Below, piece by piece: positions 25,201 through 34,190 of a stretch of 35,249 nt of DNA (positions are counted from its first letter, which is position 1; each line of letters starts with the position of its first letter). Position numbers and translations under genes: made by a program. The notes under the pieces are model-generated. The model saw only the letters and a list, made by a program, of their open reading frames with translations, searched no databases and was not told where the DNA came from. Source of the stretch: Hyphochytrium catenoides (lineage: Eukaryota > Protista > Hyphochytriomycota); NCBI GenBank assembly GCA_900088475.1, contig FLMG01001682.1, positions 1-35,249 on the forward strand, read 5' to 3'.

Positions 25201-26851
25201 ATGGGTCCCTCGCTTCCTCTTCTAAATGGATCCCTCACTTCCTCTGCTTGTCACTGTACTAGCTAGTATCTAATATTTGTGCGCGCTGAAACTCACTTCG
25301 CTTTCATTTCTAAAGGTGGCTTGGAGGATAGGATTTGCACAGTGTTGACAGGTCCTAATATGGTGAGTGAATTGAAAGGAGTGTTGCTGGCATCGGTTGT
25401 AAGGCATTCTTGGTCCTCCTGAATCTCTCTCCTCGTGCCTACTCTTCTGATAATTTGTGGCCCAACCTTGCGATCACTGATATATCTCTTCTAATGCAGG
25501 GAGGGAAATCTAGGTAAAGATATACCAGGCAGATCCCTACTACCTTCTTCTCAACTCAAGCTAAGGGTTTACCTTAGCCAAGGTTGCGATACCGTTGCTT
25601 TCTTCTGTGTCAGCAACTTGTCCGCTCGAGAGTCTCAAGATCTGCTCACTTTTCTCGTCTTCTGATGAAGCTTTGTCTGACTATGTAGTCTCGTATATTC
25701 CTCATCTCACACCACGTTACCCTAGTCTAACTCTCTTCTCCTCGGGTCAAACGGTTGCAGCTTCATAAAGACCGTTGCCCTCGTAGTCCTCCTTGCACAG
25801 GTTGGATGTTACGTACCCGCGACCTCTGCCTCTCTTTGCATCTATGATGCAATTTACACCCGGATGAGTGCTACAGATGACATCGCGACCGGAAGGAGTA
25901 CATTTTTTGTAGAGCTTTCACAGACAGCCGAAGTGCTAAAGAATGCCACAGGTAAATTCCGAGTAGCTACCTTCTCCACGTCCTTTCCATACGTCCTGAG
26001 CTGAGAGAAGGACCTCTAGCAGCAGCTTTGGTCTACACTTTACGTTGTTGATTATATTCTCTCTTGCGTTAACAGTGATCATTGCGATACCAGCGGGCTG
26101 GTCCCTCTATGTTCGCAACCACTCTCTCTCTCTTTTTCCCTCTTTGTTCCTCTTTTACATCCTTCCTCTACCATCTGCCCTTTAGTCTATCATCACCCTA
26201 ACCAACCTACTTTGCTGTCGCATGTTCGTGTTTTTCTCACGCGCTCTCTTAGAAAACTCCCTCGTCATTATAGACGAACTGGGCCGAGGAACGTCTACGC
26301 ATGATGGAGTGGCCATTGCATACGCTACCCTCTATTACCTGGTAAATGCTAGGAAGTGCACGACACTTTTTGTCACGCACTATCCCATCCTCGCCGAAAT
26401 TGCTTCTCTCTCTCGCCCTGGAGCCGTCATCAACGCTCATATGGGATACTTAGAAGTGGCGGAGGATGGAGAAGAGCTGAGCCAACAAGGAAGAGATGCA
26501 TCGGGAGAAGATACGATCAACGGAAGAGATGTGTCCCAGGATTTAGAGGACAGTGATGGTGGAGAAAGTACCCCACGGAAGCGAACGGATAAGGCACAGG
26601 GTGCGCAAGGTAGCCCTGGCATGGAGAGGAGCCAAGAGAGAGTGAAGAGGGATGAACCGAAGAAGAGAGTCGTGTTCCTGTATAAGCTGATCGAGGGGGC
26701 GGCAAGCCACAGCTATGGCCTAAATGTGGCTCGGATGGCTGGGCTGAGCCCACAGCTGCTAGCGAGGGCTGAGGAGAAAGCACGAGAATTTATTGAGAAG
26801 AATCAACATCGAAGCTCCTCTCTCTTCCTCAACGCAAAGGCAAAGACATAA
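19223..26851 (+). CDS. MSH3: DNA mismatch repair protein MSH3 (MutS-beta subunit), 1243 aa, 18 exons
   Basis: Exons 19223-19445, 19698-20185, 20557-20747, 20997-21117, 21377-21648, 21889-22456, 22604-22719, 22886-22958, 23198-23329, 23395-23517, 23783-23886, 24094-24283, 24643-24805, 25002-25118, 25316-25362, 25500-25513, 25761-25951, 26253-26851 (3732 nt). N-terminal PIP box [12 protein letters not shown]3-type mismatch domain [12 protein letters not shown]...[13 protein letters not shown] and [32 protein letters not shown]. Walker A TGPNMGGKSS, Walker [20 protein letters not shown], and [11 protein letters not shown]. Confidence 0.96.
23642..23709 (+). repeat. Imperfect tandem duplication (31 nt + 37 nt) in MSH3 intron 10
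   Basis: agtatatg-gtggagagagggcggtcaccacg is followed by agtatatg(atc)gtggagagagg(gcg)gcggtcaccacg. Confidence 0.85.
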
Positions 26852-27491
26852 AGAGTATGGTATCACTCTTGTGCGCTTTCTCTATCTCCCTCATCATTGC
26901 GAACGGTACATGTTGTGGGGTGACAGCATGGACAGGATAGGTGAAGTCCTGCCACTTCACAAGGAGAGACCACAAGGATTTGCATCCGAGAGCGCCGGAT
27001 GCCTTCTTGTGTCTCTCTCTCTTTTTCTTTCTCCTTTCTTCTCTCTGCGGTTAGTGATCTACACTACCGGGTAGTTCTACCCCTTTCCAGCAGATCGATC
27101 GAATTTCAAGCAGTGTCTGCCCGTCAGGACGCTAAGGCTTTGGTGACTTCACTCGTCTCAGGGTACTGGGATAGGAAGAGACAGCACACTCATCTAAACA
27201 AGCCGCCGGAGGGGAAAGAGAGCATAGGAAGGAAGCATGTAAAAAACTAGAAGAGGCAAAAAGAGAGGTAAGCAAGAAGAGAGCGAGCCAGAGAGGGAAA
27301 GCGAGGTCAAGGGTCGTCTCTGTCTTGAGGAGCATCAGCGTCATGAGGCCTTAACCTATGTCGCTCGCTAGTAAAGTTCTGTCCTGAGAAAAGGAAACAG
27401 TCGAACAGGCCGACCTTTCCCTTTTCCCTCCTTACTTTTGCCTACTCAAGCCAGCAAGGAAGCGTCCTTTGATGCTGGTGATCATTGCTCA

Positions 27492-27550
27492 CCTCTCTCT
27501 TTNNNNNNNNNNNNNTCTCTCTCTCTCTCTCGCTCTCTCGCTCTCTCTCG

Positions 27551-27581
<31 letters not shown>

Positions 27582-27910
27582 GTCCTCCCTAACCACCTTC
27601 TGCCTTTTATATGTAACTCTTGGAGCCCTTTGCCTCCAATTTGTCGCATTTACCCAAAGAACCCTAGTACTCTATATCAGTTCCTAGGAGTGTGACAAAC
27701 AAAACCTAAGATTGTCGCCTCGAAGAGCCACGATAAGATCCATCCTGCTGTCCCGTTTCGTACCCCCTTGTTGAGTCTCCAAACCACCATTCTCTCTCTC
27801 TCTTCTTTCTCTCTCTCTCTCCTTTCTATCTCTCCTTTCTCTCTCTCTCTCTCCTTTCTCTCTCTCTCTCTCCCCTCTCTTTTACCTTCTCTTCCTGTCC
27901 CTGTTCTTTC
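27492..27910 (+). repeat. (TC)n microsatellite and polypyrimidine tracts (27492-27585 and 27790-27910)
   Basis: Long TC runs with TCGC interruptions. The first tract contains the N gap. Confidence 0.9.
27503..27515. other. Assembly gap (13 N)
   Basis: N run inside a TC microsatellite. Confidence 0.99.
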
Positions 27911-28576
27911 TAGCTTTGGTTCTTCTGTGACGCACAACGCATTAGTTTCCACTACCGTTTTATGATGAGTCAAGAAGAAAGCAGAAAAGACACAGAAAGA
28001 GAAGAGGGAGAAAACAGTCTTAAAAAGAGACAGGGAGACATCCACTGACACAGAGAGAGAGGAAGGGAGATGGGTGGGAAAGGCAGAGGAAGGGCAGATA
28101 ATAAACCCCGTAAGGGAGAAAGAGCGGAGAAAAAGACAGAGCTCCCCCGCTCTTCGACTGGCTGCCCAGCGACAGGATCCTCTCTGGATTCCAAAGAACA
28201 AGCTGTGGAAAAGAGGCGACTGAAGAGCCGCAACGTGGGCTTTTTGACAACAAGAGGACTAACGGCGCGGAGGAAGGTGATAGAGGAGAGAAGAAAAGAG
28301 AGAGAGAGGTAGGGAAGATAGACCAAAGAGACACACAGAATTCCCTCTACGTTCGGTGTGACCATGGTGCTTGATGGCGCCGTCTCGCCGCTAGAGATCA
28401 AAAGAGAGACAGGAGAAAGCAAGAGAGACATTGAGAGAGAAAGAGAAAAGTACAAAGGAAGGCGATCACTTATTCGTTAGATCGTTCTCCAGACTAGGAA
28501 GGGCGACTACCAAAAAAGAAGAAAGAGAGAGAGTGAGTGAGAGAAGGGAAGAAAGGGAGTGGGAGAGAGGGATGCT

Positions 28577-31500
28577 ATGGGTCGCTTTCTCTCTCAATCA
28601 CTGTCTCAAAGAGAAACACTCTCCAGGAGAAGCAAACCAGAAGTAGAGAGAGGCGAACGAAATGAGCAATCAGATCCTGCAGCAGAACAAAAGCCAGAAC
28701 CATTGCCCAAAGTCCTCAGAGCCTCTGACCGCCTCTTTCGCTTCCTTCAAAGGCTGAACAACCAGCGGCTCATAGAGGAGTTCCGAGATACTGTTCTGCG
28801 CAACGGGGACACGGCGCGATACCGAGAGAGAGAAGGCGATGGGGAAGACTTTGCCCACGCGGAGAAGATCCTACGACATAGAAGAGAGCTGTGGAATCTA
28901 GTGTGGGAGAGTAGTGTGGCCTCCTTGGGACGTCTTTCCTCTCCTGACAAAGAGAGACAAAAAGAGAAATGCGTTAACGAAGAGAAAAGGGTCCCAACGC
29001 TTCTGATGGGCAAGAAGAGAGAGAGAAAGAGTAGCGACGAGGAAGCCTTTGAAGATGGGGAGAAAAAGAAGAAGAGAGAGGAGAGGAAAAAGAGGAGATT
29101 CTCTCCCGCGCTCTCTTTCCCGCGCAGTCGTGGTTCTTTCTTTTATGAGGCTTCCCCAGCTCTGGCTCTGTCCTCGCACGTGCTGGCACACTCTCTCCTC
29201 CAGGAGGAAGAAAAACAAGAGAATCTGTCAAAAAGCACCAAGTGTCTTTCTCTTCTTCCTTCTTCCCCTGTAGACAACAGGGACAAGAAACATAGAAGAA
29301 AGGAAGAAAAAGCAGAAGCCTCTTGGTCCTCCTCACAGTCTTCCGCTGTTTCCCTGCCAGTTCCCGTGGCACCAGAGCTGCCCAACCGTGAGAAAAGAGA
29401 GGCGCTGTCAGAGACAGAGAGACGACTCGCTTCCATGGGTTCTCAGGCCTCTCCTGCTGCCGGCCATTCCCTCGATCCGGCACTTTCAGCCCCTGCTGGA
29501 TCTGTTGCTCTGATGTCAGAGAGCGCAGACGAAGGAGAATCGATTCAAGAAGACGAGAAGAGGAAAGAACAAGAGAGACAGAAGGTCTCCAACACGCTGC
29601 TGCTCGCCCTTCAGGAACATGTCTCCAGCCTGATGAAAAGCTGTGCCGAGAAGTTAGAGGCCTCATTCTTGAAGGAGAGAGACGACCTTTCGAGGGAAAG
29701 AGACGACTGGAGGAAAGAGAGGGAGGTATGGACAAAGGAGAAAGAGACATGGCAGGAGGTTCGCCAGAAAGATCGACAAGAGGAGAGGCGACAGGGAGAA
29801 ACTGAAGAAGATCCCGTCACGGAGACAGGAGAACCAAAGAAAATGAACAACGCAGCTCAAAATGACAGCAGTCGGGACAATAATGAGAAGATGAAGAAGA
29901 GACAACCTTCTGTACTTTCCTCTTCTTCTTCTTCTCTCTGTCTCTCTTCTCTCCCAAAGGAGCCACTTCGTCTTCTTCAGTCTTCCTTCGAGATCCTGAA
30001 GGGAGAGACAATTGTACAGATTGAGGAGATGAAAAGGCTAAGCAATGACTGGGATGTCAAGTTCAAGAGATTTGCCGAAGCACATTCCAAGATCATAGCC
30101 CAGCAGAGCATAACACTGGAAGAGAGCTGCCAAGAAAGCCAAACAGCATTTTCTCTTCGCGTGGAGAAGCAGCTGCAAGAGGAAAAGCAAGAGAGAGAGA
30201 GGGACTTCCGAGAGCAAGTGGACAAACTCAGGAAGGTTTTCGAGAAAGAGAGAGAAGAGGAGCTACTTAGAAAGGAACCTCTCTCTATTATTGAGTGTCC
30301 ACTCTCTGAAGAAGAACTAGAGAAGAAACTCATCCCTCTTCGACAGCTCGTTGAAGAAGGTTTCCTGGCCTCTAGGGAGACACTCCAGAGGGCTCAGGAG
30401 AGAGAAAGAGACCTGTTGGACGCTTCCGCAGAGATAAACGAGTTGCTGCTAGGGATTCTCTCATCCGATAGCCAAAGACAGAGAGAAGAAGTGAGAGAAA
30501 GAGAGAACAGAAGGCACTCTCTCCTTCTTTTTCTCCACAGGCTGACAGAGAAAGGCCAAGGGGAAGAGAGAGAGAGGAGCTATTCCGATCCGAAGGTTAT
30601 TCCTGAAGAATCCTTTAGCCCGAAGGCACCACCAGCATTCACTGCTGAGGATACGTCTCGGAGAGAGCGGTCGAGACGAGGCAAGAGGGAGCCAAGTGGG
30701 AAGGAGTCGGAGAAGACTATTATTGGGCAGGGAGGAGTGAAGAAGAGAAGAGAACCAAAGGTGGACCTTGAAGAAGAGAGACGGAGGAAGATGGACGGCC
30801 TGAAGCTCGAGCTCAAGGAGAAGGCAGCAGAGAGAAGGGCACTAGCAAAAGAGCTTTCTGGTGCCAGAAAAGAGGAAGAGACCGTCCTCTTAGACATCCT
30901 TGGGACCCTTAATAAGCAGCTGCAGCGCGTCCAAGATCAGGAGAGAGAGACGGCTGGGAATGTGGAGAAGATTCAAGAGGCTCTCCACCTGGCAGAAGAA
31001 GAGAGAGAAGTGAAGGAAAAGGAGGAAGAGAGGACCTTAAAAGAGAAAGAGGAAAGGCAAGCAGATGCTTTCTTGGAAATGGCGAGGCAGTATACGGTCA
31101 CCGCCCTAGAGAACTACGTGCCTTCTAGTCTTCTTCAGAGCGAAATCGACTCTCTCCGTACCACTCTCATGGAAGGAGTCACAGCCTCTCTTGAGGGATG
31201 TGAGAAGCGTCTCAAAGCGGAGATAGAAGAGAAGTCTCTCTTTCTCATCCAATCGCACTCTTCCTCCTCCAAGATTGAGGCAGAATTATCAGTCATGAAG
31301 GCTCACTTCCAGACCACAACTAAGCAGGTGGACGAGCTCAAAGAGCAGCTTGGAGTTCTGGCAGAATCTCTACGGGTGGCCGACGACGAGCGAAAGAGAT
31401 CTGGAAAAAGTAGAGAGAGGGCCCAAGCTGCGCTCTTCACAAAGAAGATAGCCGAAGTCTCGTCCATGGCCCTTGCTCTCAGTGACAAGCTGACAAAGGA

Positions 31501-33085
31501 AATGAATGAGGTAAAAGAGCGAGGAGAGAGAGAAAGGATTCAGTGGACACAGACCTGGGAAAAAGAGGAGAGACAGAAGAGGAAGAGTTGGGAGAATAGG
31601 ACGAGCCAAGAATTGAAGAAGCTGCGCGAGAGAGAAAGAGACGCTCGTGCTGCCATAGAGACAGAGCAACAGAAGCTGAGACGCGAGTTGGACAAGTTAG
31701 AGCGTCGTCTCGCTTCCTTTTCTCCTCCACCGTCCTCTCGATATCAGCTTGTCCCTGTTTCTACTACGGAAAGGGCCGCAGGATCCTCTGACCTGGCCAG
31801 CTCTATACCACCGGAGCTTTCTGCTGCCGATGGTCCCTCGACAGCCGAGGTGCTGCAGATTGGGCGGAAGGACAGGGAGAAGGGAAAACGTATTCTATCG
31901 CACATCCGTCAGCTCATTTGTGAAGCGCAGGAGCAGTTCAAGAGGGAGATGACGCACGACACTGAGCAGTTGATAAGCAAGCAAGTGGCCGAGGTAGCCC
32001 AGCGGTTGTGTCTAGCACTTGAGGAAAAGTGGTCAGCAATGGCTTCAGACCTCCAAGATCTTGTCAGGCGCAGCCAAGAAGAAGCGGCGGAGAAGATGAA
32101 GCGAGAAGTAGAGCAGATGATGCGCGCGACAAGCGGAGAAAATCAGCTTTGCAGGGGGAGATCACCAGGACGGCTAGTAGCTGAAGGTGACGAGGCAGCA
32201 CCACGGGATCAACTAGAGCCAAATCCCGTCACTGGTGGCTTTTCTATGTCTGTGACTGTCCAGCTGAAGTCCCTTGAAGAAGAGCTTGAGAAGCAGAACC
32301 TTAGTTCTGGTGTGCTTGGACAGGCTCTGAAGAGGCTGGTAGCTGCTATGAGACGGCAAGTAGAGCTTGACCATGAGATGGAAGATACGGATAACATTAG
32401 CGGACCAGGTGCGACGATGACTGCTGCCTGTGCTGTTAACGCAATAAAAAAGCTCTTGGAGGAGAACAGAGGAGCAGCAGCAGACATGGCCTGCGATAGA
32501 GTAAGGAACCTGATAAAGCAGGTCTCTGCAGTCAATGCTCGCCATTTTGAGGAGCTGAGCTGTAGGCTGAAGCTGGAGCTGGAGAGAGAGCTGGAGTTCA
32601 GGTTGGACAGCGCACGGGCTTATGATCGGAGCATTTGCATTGAAATTGTGCTTGCACGGATGGTCGAGAAGTTTGACTCGTGGGCCTCAGTCCTTCTTCT
32701 CTCTCAGATAACTCCTCCTAACGCTCAGCACTTTCCTCCGGCTGCTGTCATGGGCCCTCTCTCCTCGCCACCACCTCTTCAACCTACTTCAGTCGGTGCT
32801 TTGACAAGTGATATAGTAGGATGGCAGCAAGATCAGCTACAGCGGAATGTTCTCGGCTGTGCCCTTGTTGGTCCTTCCGCTAGTCTATCTTTAGCAGCAA
32901 GCGCAACATCACCGCCACCAAGCGGAGGAAGCATCATGGCGACTTCTTGTTGTCCCTCCTCCAGTTCACCAATCGTCGAAGGGGTGTCTTTAGAAGGCCA
33001 ACGGCGGCCAACATCTGCTGGGCGTGCTTCTGCTCCTTCAGCAGACCCTCATGCTGCTGTTAGTTCTATGAGAACTTCTTCTTAG
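28577..33085 (+). CDS. Intronless orphan long coiled-coil protein (~1500 aa, E/K/R/Q-rich)
   Basis: 4.5-kb stop-free frame with first ATG at 28577 (the ORF track starts at GTG 28559). Extended heptad-like E/K/R/L helical segments, a basic cluster KKKKREERKKRR, and an S/P-rich C-terminus. No catalytic motif recognised. Confidence 0.75.
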   Translation: MGRFLSQSLSQRETLSRRSKPEVERGERNEQSDPAAEQKPEPLPKVLRASDRLFRFLQRLNNQRLIEEFRDTVLRNGDTARYREREGDGEDFAHAEKILRHRRELWNLVWESSVASLGRLSSPDKERQKEKCVNEEKRVPTLLMGKKRERKSSDEEAFEDGEKKKKREERKKRRFSPALSFPRSRGSFFYEASPALALSSHVLAHSLLQEEEKQENLSKSTKCLSLLPSSPVDNRDKKHRRKEEKAEASWSSSQSSAVSLPVPVAPELPNREKREALSETERRLASMGSQASPAAGHSLDPALSAPAGSVALMSESADEGESIQEDEKRKEQERQKVSNTLLLALQEHVSSLMKSCAEKLEASFLKERDDLSRERDDWRKEREVWTKEKETWQEVRQKDRQEERRQGETEEDPVTETGEPKKMNNAAQNDSSRDNNEKMKKRQPSVLSSSSSSLCLSSLPKEPLRLLQSSFEILKGETIVQIEEMKRLSNDWDVKFKRFAEAHSKIIAQQSITLEESCQESQTAFSLRVEKQLQEEKQERERDFREQVDKLRKVFEKEREEELLRKEPLSIIECPLSEEELEKKLIPLRQLVEEGFLASRETLQRAQERERDLLDASAEINELLLGILSSDSQRQREEVRERENRRHSLLLFLHRLTEKGQGEERERSYSDPKVIPEESFSPKAPPAFTAEDTSRRERSRRGKREPSGKESEKTIIGQGGVKKRREPKVDLEEERRRKMDGLKLELKEKAAERRALAKELSGARKEEETVLLDILGTLNKQLQRVQDQERETAGNVEKIQEALHLAEEEREVKEKEEERTLKEKEERQADAFLEMARQYTVTALENYVPSSLLQSEIDSLRTTLMEGVTASLEGCEKRLKAEIEEKSLFLIQSHSSSSKIEAELSVMKAHFQTTTKQVDELKEQLGVLAESLRVADDERKRSGKSRERAQAALFTKKIAEVSSMALALSDKLTKEMNEVKERGERERIQWTQTWEKEERQKRKSWENRTSQELKKLRERERDARAAIETEQQKLRRELDKLERRLASFSPPPSSRYQLVPVSTTERAAGSSDLASSIPPELSAADGPSTAEVLQIGRKDREKGKRILSHIRQLICEAQEQFKREMTHDTEQLISKQVAEVAQRLCLALEEKWSAMASDLQDLVRRSQEEAAEKMKREVEQMMRATSGENQLCRGRSPGRLVAEGDEAAPRDQLEPNPVTGGFSMSVTVQLKSLEEELEKQNLSSGVLGQALKRLVAAMRRQVELDHEMEDTDNISGPGATMTAACAVNAIKKLLEENRGAAADMACDRVRNLIKQVSAVNARHFEELSCRLKLELERELEFRLDSARAYDRSICIEIVLARMVEKFDSWASVLLLSQITPPNAQHFPPAAVMGPLSSPPPLQPTSVGALTSDIVGWQQDQLQRNVLGCALVGPSASLSLAASATSPPPSGGSIMATSCCPSSSSPIVEGVSLEGQRRPTSAGRASAPSADPHAAVSSMRTSS

Positions 33086-33698
33086 CCACGTCGTCTAGTA
33101 CTACGCACCCATATTGCCTCGCCGCCATGTCATCAACCTTTCTTCAAGTCCTGTGACCGGCCACGTTTCTCCTACGCAGCGAAGCCCGTCACTCGAGAAG
33201 ACGTCGAGGGCTGCTTTTGTCCTCGGCAAAAACAGGTAGCGACATCTACTTATGCAACCGCAGGTGCCAGCGGGAGGACTACTAGGTAGGTTGATGTCGG
33301 ACTGCTCAAAATATAGAATGATGATGGACGCCCGATGTCCCAAGGTCGTAACAAGTACTAAGACAGCTTCCAGCCATAAGGCGCAAAAGCAACAAGTCGA
33401 ATGAGGATCTCGCTAAGTAAAATTATAAGCTTATCGCCCCGTTCTGAGGGTTCCATCGAAGCAAGCCCAGACTAGTAATAAGTGGTTCCCGCTGCAGCAT
33501 CATCACCGGTACTCATGCCTTTGTCTAATTTCCATCCACGACCATCTAGTCATCAGTGATCCCTCTACTCGTCGGATGATGGACCGTCGTTCCCATTCCA
33601 GGTCGGAGCCCTCCTGCTGCCTCCAACAACGCTCCAAATAATGGGGCTGCAATACACAGATTAGGACTGAACAACAATATAGTCATGCCGCGGCCATC

Positions 33699-34190
33699 GT
33701 GCGATTGACATGCCACTCGCCGCCGCCGACCGCGATCATCATGCTTGCTCTGTCAACAACCACCAGCCAAGTCTTCATTACTCTCTCGCATCAGAGATAT
33801 GAGGATCGAAGCAAGAAAACTGCAGGCGCAAGCCGGAGTGACATCGCGCTGCTGCTGCAAGCGAGCGACCAACAACACGGACGGAGGTCCAGCTGCGACC
33901 GACCAAGCCATGATCCATCATCATCTGCAGACAGCGGCGCTGCTCCTGATGATGATGCAGACAGAAAAAAATTTGGGCGTGGCTTCCCAGAGCTTTTGGA
34001 AAGATCTGATGATGCATGCAGGGCAACCATCGCCCGAATTCTGAGAATAAGACCGAATATGAAGAGGCCGATTTGGGTAGAGGGAGAGGCGTGCAACCGA
34101 ATTCTGAGAATAAACGCCGAAGAGATAGGGAGAACACATGGCGGACAACTGTGCTTTTACGAATTTAGTCTACAGTTTCCTAGACCGTAA
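33699..34190 (+). CDS. Hypothetical ORF or exon of unknown function
   Basis: 163-codon frame ending at a strong GTAAGT donor (34187). Contains an internal 17-nt direct repeat. No recognisable domain. Confidence 0.25.
   Translation: MRLTCHSPPPTAIIMLALSTTTSQVFITLSHQRYEDRSKKTAGASRSDIALLLQASDQQHGRRSSCDRPSHDPSSSADSGAAPDDDADRKKFGRGFPELLERSDDACRATIARILRIRPNMKRPIWVEGEACNRILRINAEEIGRTHGGQLCFYEFSLQFPRP

Noticed and set aside
19223-26851. MSH3 as a pseudogene, or as MSH6/MSH2
   Set aside because: The exons join in frame once the 14-nt microexon is included. The GYRF and IPTHR motifs are MSH3-type rather than the GxFYE of MSH6/MutS.
26840-27250. Extra MSH3 3' exon via a GC donor (AAG|GCAAAG) to the acceptor near 27090
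   Set aside because: The MutS C-terminal helix is already complete before TAA 26849-26851, and no conservation supports an extension.
26852-28576. Treating the MSH3 to coiled-coil gene distance as exact
   Set aside because: An N gap inside a microsatellite lies between them, so distance and even adjacency depend on scaffolding.
27438-28646. Cluster of overlapping short ORFs on both strands
   Set aside because: Low-complexity TC/GA sequence lacks stop codons, and the products are SLSL or ERER repeats.
28670-32545. Minus-strand ORFs within the large coiled-coil ORF
   Set aside because: Antisense shadows of a purine-rich coding strand.
28577-33085. Retrotransposon gag/ORF1 or viral gene
   Set aside because: No zinc knuckle, RT, integrase or transposase motif, and no LTR, TIR or poly(A) tail seen nearby.
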